From contig OY782041.1 in NCBI GenBank assembly GCA_963677595.1, forward strand, positions 3,200,001 to 3,264,000: a stretch of 64,000 nucleotides of DNA. Direction: 5' to 3'. Numbering within the stretch: the stretch's first letter is position 1; the number at the start of each line of letters is the position of its first letter. Both the position numbers and the translations under genes were made by a program. Positions 21,782 through 30,191 of the stretch are shown here, in pieces. The notes below the pieces were generated by a model that ran no database searches, was not told the DNA's origin, and worked only from the letters and a program-made list of their open reading frames with translations. This DNA is from Spirochaetia bacterium (GTDB lineage: Bacteria; Spirochaetota; Spirochaetia; CAKZLE01).

Positions 21782-21788
21782 GCTGTGT

Positions 21789-24020
21789 ATGAAGAGCCGT
21801 ACTATCTTAAGTGCAGTATATTACCTCATCCTGATCCTTGCTGTCCTCTGGTCCCTGGCATCCCTTGATGAGATCACGATAGAGGGGAACATCCTCAGCT
21901 CACTGCTGCCGGCAGACAACTCCTATCAACAGATGGAACTTGAGCATGAGGATCTTTTCACAACCACGAATGCAGTAATCCTGTTCGTATCACCGATAGA
22001 CGGAAATGAATTGGTTTGGGATGATGCCTTCCTGAGAGAGCTCGAGTCGGTGAGGCAGGAGCTGCTGGATTCAGAATTCTTCAGGCAGGCAGTCACCGTG
22101 ACGAACCTGACCACGCTTCCCGAAGGTGATACGATTGAGGCCGTCCCCCTGGTGGACCTTACTGACCAGAAGAGTATAGAACAGGCAGGGAACATCTGCC
22201 AGGATGTGGACATCCTGCGGCAGATGTTCCTCTCCTATGACACACAGGCACTCATGATCTATGCCGTCCCGGCAGACGATGCTGATCGGCAGCAGCTGGG
22301 GCTCTTCCTTGATGGGATGAAGAGAGATAGAGAACGTGAGGGCACCTTCATCGCCCTGATGGGCGGACCGTACCAGAAGCATATGGTGCAGGAGATGATC
22401 ATCAGCCAGCTGAAGGTCATATCCCCTATCTCCATGCTGCTTATCATGCTCTTCTTCCTCGGGATCAGCCATGATTTCAGGACGACCGTGCTGCTCACGT
22501 TCTTCAGCGGGATACCGACACTCCTGATCTTCGGATTCTATGCCTTGATGGGGTACACCATGGACACGCTTGGAATCCTGCTCCCGGTCGTGCTCTTCTC
22601 CCTGACTACGGCCTATAGCATCCACCTCTACAAAGGCTACTCCTCGCATCCTGAGTCCGTGCATGCGGTGGTCCAGGATCTGCGACTCATCATCATCTTC
22701 GCCGCGTCGACCACCATGCTCGGCTATGTGAACCTGGTATTCCTACCGAACGAGTCCTACCGCCATCTGGGAACAGGCCTGGTGATTGGTATCATACTCT
22801 CCGTCCTTCTGGTCTTTACCGTGATGCCGCAGCTCTTCAGGTTCATTCCCCTGCCGAAGCGTGTCGGCTGGGAAGTCCGGCTGCGGACCATGGGATTCTC
22901 GGGCAGCCGGAAGCCGGTGATGCTCCTTTCGGGCTTGTTCCTCCTTATACTCATCGGGCTGGTCTGGCTTATCGGACCATTCAACTATGCCCAGGCATAC
23001 AATGGGGAGTTCAAGAGCTACAGCCGGGTAGAGCAGATGTTGCAGGATATCGAACTCCACTCGAGGAGGCCGATCACCTTGAACGTCTACATCGATGCCG
23101 AAGATGAATACGGCCTGATAGACCCAGAGGTGTTCTTCGGTATCGACAGCCTGGCAGAGAAGCTGAAAGCCCATGATGCGGTCATCTCGCTCATCTCCTA
23201 TACCGATCTCACTGAGTATGGGAACGGCTTGCTCTACGGGGTGCAGGAGGATGTACCCCCTGGGAGCATCGAGGAGATAGGGGAGACCCTGGAACTCCTG
23301 GCTTCCCAGGAGGTTGCGGTCCCGTTGTCGATGCTGATCACCCCAGACTACCGGCAGACCGTCCTGCAGCTGACCTTCTCGGTGGATGGGGTGGACCGAA
23401 ACGATGAGGTCCCCCTCTACCGGGAGCTCGAGGGGATGGTAGAGTCTGCCCTCGCTCCCTTTGATTCTGTTACCAGCTTCATCGCGGGAGACCCGGTCCG
23501 AAACCATGAGATCGTGAAGGAGATCACTCATATCCTCCTGCGGTCAGTGGCCCTGTTCATCATCATCGTCCTCGCCTTCGGGAGCCTCTCGTTCAGGTCG
23601 TTCAGGAAAGGGCTGCTGCTCCTCTTCCCGACCTTTGTGGGTATGGCAGTCTTCGCGGGGATGACCGGCTGGCTGCATAAGAACGTGGATATCAACCTGC
23701 TGTTCTCTTTCTATACGTTCCTCGGGATCAGTATCGATGACACCTCGTATCTCCTATTCTCCAGCAGCAGCCCGGAATACACCGGGAAGGGCTTGAATAC
23801 GCTCGTGAAGCGCCAGGACAGGCTCTTCCAGAGTACGGGGGTGAGCATCATGGAGACGACCTCCATGCTGGTCCTGGGGCTCTCCCCGCTCCTGTTCGTC
23901 TGCCTCGATGATATCTCAAGGGCTATAGCCATCGCCATCATAAGCTACGGGTTCTCCACGATCACGACGCTCTTCATCGTGCCGCGATTTCCCGTGATCT
24001 TTGGGAGGAATACCCTATGA
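21789..24020 (+). CDS. MMPL/RND-family exporter
   Basis: Duplicated topology (TM, large loop, 5 TM) x2; GISIDDT motif in second half and AYSIHL in first half. Confidence 0.8.
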   Translation: MKSRTILSAVYYLILILAVLWSLASLDEITIEGNILSSLLPADNSYQQMELEHEDLFTTTNAVILFVSPIDGNELVWDDAFLRELESVRQELLDSEFFRQAVTVTNLTTLPEGDTIEAVPLVDLTDQKSIEQAGNICQDVDILRQMFLSYDTQALMIYAVPADDADRQQLGLFLDGMKRDREREGTFIALMGGPYQKHMVQEMIISQLKVISPISMLLIMLFFLGISHDFRTTVLLTFFSGIPTLLIFGFYALMGYTMDTLGILLPVVLFSLTTAYSIHLYKGYSSHPESVHAVVQDLRLIIIFAASTTMLGYVNLVFLPNESYRHLGTGLVIGIILSVLLVFTVMPQLFRFIPLPKRVGWEVRLRTMGFSGSRKPVMLLSGLFLLILIGLVWLIGPFNYAQAYNGEFKSYSRVEQMLQDIELHSRRPITLNVYIDAEDEYGLIDPEVFFGIDSLAEKLKAHDAVISLISYTDLTEYGNGLLYGVQEDVPPGSIEEIGETLELLASQEVAVPLSMLITPDYRQTVLQLTFSVDGVDRNDEVPLYRELEGMVESALAPFDSVTSFIAGDPVRNHEIVKEITHILLRSVALFIIIVLAFGSLSFRSFRKGLLLLFPTFVGMAVFAGMTGWLHKNVDINLLFSFYTFLGISIDDTSYLLFSSSSPEYTGKGLNTLVKRQDRLFQSTGVSIMETTSMLVLGLSPLLFVCLDDISRAIAIAIISYGFSTITTLFIVPRFPVIFGRNTL

Positions 24021-25339
24021 CACTGAAACGATCCCTCATCATCCTGCTATTCAGCTCGTTAGTACTCTCTCCCGTTTTCGCGGAGACCTATTTCGGCGGG
24101 GAGGAGGGTGCATCCCTGCAGTTCAGGACCGACTCTGAAACAGGACTGCATACCGATCTCAGGGATGACCTCCATCTCTACGTGAGCTCGTACCAGGATG
24201 CGTTCTCCCTCTACGGGGATCTTTCTCTCTCCTCTACACTTGGAAGTGACACGGCACCGGAGGTATCATTCGGGATTGTTGAGCTGTACGGGGAGTTCTA
24301 TCTCTCGGATGACCTCATCCTCAAAGTCGGTTCGTTCATCGATAGAGCAGGCCATGCGAACCTGCTCTCCCCGCTGAACCTGTTCCATGCGACCGATTAC
24401 GAGCGTCTCTTCATGGGAGATCTCGAGCACCTGCTGAGGCCTGACCACCTGGTCAAGCTCTCCTGGTTCTCCGATTACCTGAGTATAGACTGCATCGTTG
24501 CCCCGCTCATCACCCCGCCGGTCCAGCTCTCCGCAGACTCCAGCTGGTTCCCGGTCAGCCAGTTCCCACTTTCGATAGAGAAAGCCAACGGCGATATCAA
24601 GGTCTTGGGGGACATAACCTATAATGAACCTGAGTTCATACAGGATTCATTGGATGATATGTCCTTCCAGCTGCGGATTTCGGGCAGCACGATGGCCCTC
24701 GACTGGTCAGTACTTGGCTTCTACGGCTATGACCGTGATATGACACATCAGGTCGTGATCACGAACTTCGCCGATTCCACTGATGTTTATAATATCACAT
24801 TGGAACCGGTAGAGAGCAAGAAGGCAGTGATCGGGACGACTTTCTCCACCTCCCTTGGGGAGATGGTCCTGCACGGGGACGCCTCCTATACGTTCGGGAA
24901 GGTCTTCGGTACTGAATGGCTCCACCTCTCAGGGTCCATCTTCACCCCTGATGCACAGCAGGTCATGGAAGAGGCACAGGCTTTGAACTACTCGGTCGGG
25001 GCAGACCTGGACTTCGGAGGGCTGAATACCTTAGTCTCCTTTGAGGTGATTGGGATGTCTGCCTTCAGCGAGGAAGAGGTGACCCTACCGCTTTTCTCCC
25101 GGTTGTTCAGTGTTGTGACCAACACCGTGAATAGCGATTATACCCTTTCCCTGAACACCGTGACTCTCTTCTCGATGGAGGATGAGAGCGGGGTGTTCTA
25201 TCCTTCCCTGATGTGGGACCCGACAGCTGAAGTATCCCTGACGTTGAGCCTCCCGCTCTTCTTCGGGGATCTCAGGTCAGAGTTCGGGCAGTACAGTGAG
25301 GGGTATCACACGATGGTCAAGGGATTGGTGCGATTCTAG
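24017..25339 (+). CDS. Putative outer-membrane beta-barrel protein
   Basis: Signal peptide (PVFA-E); amphipathic strands; SPLNLF and SEFGQY motifs; C-terminal Phe (GLVRF); overlaps MMPL stop. Confidence 0.6.
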   Translation: MTLKRSLIILLFSSLVLSPVFAETYFGGEEGASLQFRTDSETGLHTDLRDDLHLYVSSYQDAFSLYGDLSLSSTLGSDTAPEVSFGIVELYGEFYLSDDLILKVGSFIDRAGHANLLSPLNLFHATDYERLFMGDLEHLLRPDHLVKLSWFSDYLSIDCIVAPLITPPVQLSADSSWFPVSQFPLSIEKANGDIKVLGDITYNEPEFIQDSLDDMSFQLRISGSTMALDWSVLGFYGYDRDMTHQVVITNFADSTDVYNITLEPVESKKAVIGTTFSTSLGEMVLHGDASYTFGKVFGTEWLHLSGSIFTPDAQQVMEEAQALNYSVGADLDFGGLNTLVSFEVIGMSAFSEEEVTLPLFSRLFSVVTNTVNSDYTLSLNTVTLFSMEDESGVFYPSLMWDPTAEVSLTLSLPLFFGDLRSEFGQYSEGYHTMVKGLVRF

Positions 25340-25673
25340 GGGGCTGACTGGCAACCTGGAAATGCACAGCCTGAAGACCAGCTGACTTGGTTCCCCTATG
25401 ATTGTGTACGTTCTCTACTTGCAGGAATATGCTTAGTAGCCTGTAAGATATATAGTAATCACTAAATATACGTTTAATAACATATAAATAAAATAGTATA
25501 CACTCAATAAAATACATGAATCCACTGAGAAAAAACTGGAAAATATGTAGCATAGCATATAAAATGAGAGTAGATGATTGTGATGCTATCTAAATTGAGT
25601 TGACACACGACTACAATCTGATAATCACAACATAACAATGAACACATTAAAACAAAGTCGAGGAGAGAAAGTC

Positions 25674-26726
25674 ATGAAACGAGTCGTACTGTTAGTCAGT
25701 CTATTGTTGTCGATGCTCATCATCCTGTCCGGATGTAACACCCTGTTCGGTACCGAGGAGATCCAGCAGCTGAAAGCCGATATAGAAGCACAGAATGTAG
25801 CTTCTGAGGAACTTCTGCAGCAGATCGAGACACAGAATCTGACATCCCAGGATCTTCTCCAGGAAATAGAGGCTAAGAAGGCAGAACTCTCAGAGAAGGT
25901 AGTTGAGCTGGAGTCTACGAAGAAGACCGTCTCCGACCTACTGCAGGATATCATAGATGCACAGGGAGCGGCAGAGAAGGAGATGGCAGATACCACCTCA
26001 CTGTTCACTTCAAAGGTTATGGAGCGTATAGCTGCTCTCAAAGGCGAGTATGATGTGTTCATTACCTCCGCCGATGCCAAACTGATGGCTATGGAAGGCA
26101 TCCAGGATGAGGTTCAGCAGCAGGAAGCCCTGGCGATCAGCACCATCGTTGCAACTGCGGAAGAGAGTGAGAACCGGGTCATAGACCAGACAGAGATCGC
26201 TGTCTCAACTATCTATGCCCTGAACGAAGAAGTAGAGCAGCGGATCAGTGACCAGGCATCCCTTTCGGCAACAGCCATGAGGGGGATCGAGAATGAGTGT
26301 GTTACGGAGGTGACCAACACTTCAGATATAGCTACACAGACACTGCTTGCAGTTGCAAAGAGCTATAATGAAGACGCCACGAAGATGTACGATGAGCTAA
26401 CTGCAGATGCGAATGAGATGTACAAAGACTTCGTCGATCGTAAGGAGTTAGCCCTCATCGCGATGAACAATGAATACGAGACGCTACTCGAAGAACTTGA
26501 CACGGTTAAGGATGAACTTATGTCATTCGTAGCAAATAGGAAGGATATCGTGGATACCACCATCCTTGGGGCGACCGAATCCCTTGAGGACCAGCTCCTG
26601 TCAGCTACCAGGTCACTGGAGCAGCAGATGTCAATGTTGAACTCACGGGTCGAGAGTGTCAATGAAGAATATCAGCAGCTTAAGTCGGCTATGCATGTGT
26701 TCGTAGCGAATGACTCCTCGTTCTAG
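25674..26726 (+). CDS. All-helical coiled-coil lipoprotein
   Basis: GAGGAG RBS before ATG 25674; lipobox LSG-C; E/Q/L/A-rich heptad-like sequence without Pro. Confidence 0.75.
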   Translation: MKRVVLLVSLLLSMLIILSGCNTLFGTEEIQQLKADIEAQNVASEELLQQIETQNLTSQDLLQEIEAKKAELSEKVVELESTKKTVSDLLQDIIDAQGAAEKEMADTTSLFTSKVMERIAALKGEYDVFITSADAKLMAMEGIQDEVQQQEALAISTIVATAEESENRVIDQTEIAVSTIYALNEEVEQRISDQASLSATAMRGIENECVTEVTNTSDIATQTLLAVAKSYNEDATKMYDELTADANEMYKDFVDRKELALIAMNNEYETLLEELDTVKDELMSFVANRKDIVDTTILGATESLEDQLLSATRSLEQQMSMLNSRVESVNEEYQQLKSAMHVFVANDSSF

Positions 26727-26735
26727 ATACAATTT

Positions 26736-26763
26736 GGATCGGGAGGGGTGACCCTCCCGATCC
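26736..26763 (+). terminator. GC-rich stem-loop after coiled-coil gene
   Basis: GGATCGGGAGGG-gtga-CCCTCCCGATCC, 12-bp perfect stem with GNRA-type loop; weak U tail. Confidence 0.65.
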
Positions 26764-26776
26764 CTTGTAACCCTAT

Positions 26777-28888
26777 ATGAAACCGAACTGGTTCATCCGT
26801 CTCTCCCGGATCATCATCTCTTTGATCCTGGGTCTTGTCTGTATCAGCTGTAGACCGGAGGTGTATGAAGGACTGCAGAGGCTCCAGGCCATGGAGTCTG
26901 CCCTTGGAAACCATGATCTGGGTACTTTCCTCGATAACGCCGTGCTGGTCAGGATGGAGGAGGTCATCTCGGAGGAAGGGGTAACCTACATCATGGATTA
27001 TCCGGTGATCCCGACCGGGGCAACGGCACTGGACCAGGAACTCTGCGAACAGTTCTTCTACTACCCGGAACATCATGCTGCATTCTCAGGCTTCGAGAAG
27101 GCTGCTGTTACAGACAGAGTCTCCGGTCCACTCTATTCACGCTTCACGCTCCAGAGACGTGATACCCAGGCTGCCGACCATCTCCTGGTCTACCATCAGG
27201 AAGATGCCCAGAAGCCTGTGCTCTTTGCCCTCTATACCAGGTACGGTGAAGAAGAGGTGTTCACGGATGCAGCCTTCTCATTCGAGGGGATCGAACCACT
27301 CCTCAGCCGGGACCGGCAGACACCTGAAGTTCAGATGCGGCTGCATCGGTCGGCGACCGATGCTGAGATGATCGAGATCCCCTTTACCTCCTTTCGCAGC
27401 GAGATATCGCATCTCTCCTTTGCCTTCGGCAGTCATGATGACCAGGGGGAACTGTTCAAGTCCTCCCTGCCGGTGTTGGTCACCGGTATCGAGGCTCATG
27501 AGCATGATGTCTTCATGACTATCGGTGACAGTACGCAGATAGCGTATACCCTGCAGCCTGCTGAAGCCACGAACAAGCAGGTGCAGATCTCCGTAGACAA
27601 GCCCGGGATCATCTCGGTAGATGACACCACCTTAAAGGCAGTCGGAACTGGTAAGACCCGACTGGAGATTAGGACAGAGGATGGCGGGCTTACCGACACG
27701 ATAGATATTTATGTCGATCTGCCCCCTGTCGGTGAAGCTGTATTTATCTCCGATGCAGCCAAACTCGTTGGGAATACAGAAGTGAACCTCCTCTCAAAGG
27801 TATACCCGGCCAATGCGGATCTCTCGACGATAACCTGGAGGATAACCCACCCGGAGGTCGCGTCCGTCAATACGGACGGGACGATCGTGCCGCTGCTCCC
27901 GGGAACGACGGAGATCACCGCAGAGAGCTATGACGGGCGGCTTCTGGCTGCATGTGAGGTAACGATCGTTGCGGAAGTCATCTTATCTGATTCCTTCAAC
28001 TCAGCCGGGGCACAGCGATGGACGTTTCATCCTGCCGCTCCGGAGTTCACGCTGCCTGAGACCGTCGACCGGACAGTCCCCGGGTACCGTACAGTCGGGT
28101 GGACCGAAGGAGCCTCCGGCAGCATGTACCAGCAGGATGAGACCTATGTGTTCCCGGCAGGGGAGCTCGAAGTGCTGTTCGAGCCGGTATGGACTGCAAA
28201 GGAATACACGATATCGCTCTGCCGGGACTCTGAAGTGGAGACTAAGGTCCAGGAATTCGGGGATAGTATCATACTTCCTGACTGCTATTCAAAGAATGAG
28301 ACCTCCCTCAGGTTCCTCGGCTGGAATACGCAGGAAGACGGCACAGGGCACCTCTACCGTGCAGGGGAGAGCTTTGCGATAGATGTGCCTGATGACAGGG
28401 CTCTCTTTGCCCGATGGGGTTATGAGATCGGGTCTGCAGGACCCGGCATGGGGATCGTCTACTATGATAAAGGCTATTACTCCGATGGGTGGCGTTATAA
28501 AGAGGTAGCGATCCCTGAATGGGTCGGCAACAGGAAGCGATTGCCGATCATCGAAGCTGAAGGGTCCGAACCCAGGAAGGCCCTGTTCCAGATCGATGAG
28601 GACACAAAGACCATCTCGAAGCAGCCGAAGACGGCAGCTGAACTGTGTGAGGCCTTCAGGACTGAAACAGCGAATGATTGGTACCTGCCGGAACGAGAGG
28701 ATCTGGAACAGATCCGGGGTGCAGTCTATAAAGAGAATTCAGAGAAGATCCCCTCCGGGATGTATTGGACCGCTACCAGCTTTGATGAGAAGTATAACTA
28801 CAATGAAGGCCTGTTCCAATCAGGCGGGATCGAAGGCCTGGCAGAGAAGACAGAGTCCTATTTCATACTTCCAGTGAGGAGATTCTAG
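26777..28888 (+). CDS. Lipoprotein with two Big_2 Ig domains, InlB B-repeat-like domains and C-terminal DUF1566-like domain
   Basis: Lipobox CIS-C; P-x-x-ATNK...TEDGG (Big_2); FLGWNTQEDGTG...LFARW (B-repeat); IG-x-x-GPG-x-GIVYYDKG, DWYLP, YWT, PVRRF. Confidence 0.75.
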   Translation: MKPNWFIRLSRIIISLILGLVCISCRPEVYEGLQRLQAMESALGNHDLGTFLDNAVLVRMEEVISEEGVTYIMDYPVIPTGATALDQELCEQFFYYPEHHAAFSGFEKAAVTDRVSGPLYSRFTLQRRDTQAADHLLVYHQEDAQKPVLFALYTRYGEEEVFTDAAFSFEGIEPLLSRDRQTPEVQMRLHRSATDAEMIEIPFTSFRSEISHLSFAFGSHDDQGELFKSSLPVLVTGIEAHEHDVFMTIGDSTQIAYTLQPAEATNKQVQISVDKPGIISVDDTTLKAVGTGKTRLEIRTEDGGLTDTIDIYVDLPPVGEAVFISDAAKLVGNTEVNLLSKVYPANADLSTITWRITHPEVASVNTDGTIVPLLPGTTEITAESYDGRLLAACEVTIVAEVILSDSFNSAGAQRWTFHPAAPEFTLPETVDRTVPGYRTVGWTEGASGSMYQQDETYVFPAGELEVLFEPVWTAKEYTISLCRDSEVETKVQEFGDSIILPDCYSKNETSLRFLGWNTQEDGTGHLYRAGESFAIDVPDDRALFARWGYEIGSAGPGMGIVYYDKGYYSDGWRYKEVAIPEWVGNRKRLPIIEAEGSEPRKALFQIDEDTKTISKQPKTAAELCEAFRTETANDWYLPEREDLEQIRGAVYKENSEKIPSGMYWTATSFDEKYNYNEGLFQSGGIEGLAEKTESYFILPVRRF

Positions 28889-28906
28889 GGAAATGCCTAT
28901 ACATCT

Positions 28907-30016
28907 TCAAAGGTAAGATAACCCAAAGCCATTATTGTATAAATCAGTTACCTCTGATGCATCAAGAGGCCTATCCCAAATACCAATTTCATCTATGCTT
29001 CCACTAGTAAACCAATCATTAAAATTATCCCACATGATGTATATGGTATGATCAAGCATAGTGAGTTCTGAAGTTAAAATAATATCATCTTCTATCAATC
29101 CATCAATATATATTTGTGCTGAATTATTCGTAGAACTCAAAGTGGCGGCTACATGATGCCAGTGACCATCAGCAACTACAGTTTGTGAAGTCAATGAAAA
29201 ACTATCACCAGATTCAATTTCTCTCCCAGCAAGTCCCAGTTCTCCATCTTCACAGATATAGAAGCTCCACGTATCTAAATAATACCCTTCATCAGTACCA
29301 AAGAGTCTTGTATTATCCTGTGCATTAGTTTTTAACCAAAAAGAGAAAGATTTATCTCCATTTGATATTGCAGGTAGAGCGACGTATTCGTCTATCCCAT
29401 TGAATGTGTATGCTGTTTCTACTATTCCTGATTCATTAATGGTTGCTCCATGATTTTCCCCATCAGAATCGTCAAATTGATCAATTACAGTCGGTCCAGA
29501 AGTCTCATCTAAATTGTAATAACACACCAATCCTTCAGAAGGAAATTCTGTAATGGTGCCACAAATTGCCAGATCCCCAAGTCCTACAACGATATGCATT
29601 GATATATTCGCGTTTGTAGTTTCTCCATCAGAAATAACAATTCCTTTTACTGATCCCTCAGCTACCATTACGGGATCATTAGTCTCATCTACCATATAGG
29701 CCTGCAATGTGACGGTATAAGTTCCCTCTACGATATTCTCTATTGTACCAGAGGCAATATCTGTAGTGGAATCAAAAGATAATGAGACCGGCCCATATGA
29801 AAAGAAATCATTCTCAACTGTTGCGGTGACTGTTGATACAGTTATACCATAATCTGTTTCTAAAGTTCTTGATATTGTTGACAGATCATAAGAGATTGGG
29901 AGATCAAAAGTAGCATCCCCAAATAAACCGGTAATATTACTAACCATACTACAAGAAGTCAAAGCAAATATGGCCAGAATAATAACGATGCTTCTTATCA
30001 TTCTATAACTTTTCAT
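28907..30016 (-). CDS. Lipoprotein: shared Ig-like domain 1 plus LamG/concanavalin-like domain
   Basis: Lipobox LTS-C; ISR-T; GTYTVTLQA; LamG motifs GLVCYYNLDE, SFSFWLK, DGHWHHVAAT, GSIDEIGIWDRPL. Confidence 0.8.
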   Translation of the reverse strand: MKSYRMIRSIVIILAIFALTSCSMVSNITGLFGDATFDLPISYDLSTISRTLETDYGITVSTVTATVENDFFSYGPVSLSFDSTTDIASGTIENIVEGTYTVTLQAYMVDETNDPVMVAEGSVKGIVISDGETTNANISMHIVVGLGDLAICGTITEFPSEGLVCYYNLDETSGPTVIDQFDDSDGENHGATINESGIVETAYTFNGIDEYVALPAISNGDKSFSFWLKTNAQDNTRLFGTDEGYYLDTWSFYICEDGELGLAGREIESGDSFSLTSQTVVADGHWHHVAATLSSTNNSAQIYIDGLIEDDIILTSELTMLDHTIYIMWDNFNDWFTSGSIDEIGIWDRPLDASEVTDLYNNGFGLSYL

Positions 30017-30191
30017 AACGCCCCCATGATTGAACTTTCTGCATGTTGTTTTTATTGGTCTCCAAATAGTGTTTTACTAAACTGATATAATGCATCCAAG
30101 ATAAGTATGAAAAGGAAATGGGATGGTGATAGATATGCTATGATATAAATCACCAATCCCAAATTATACTTAACCCAACTATAGTATTTTC

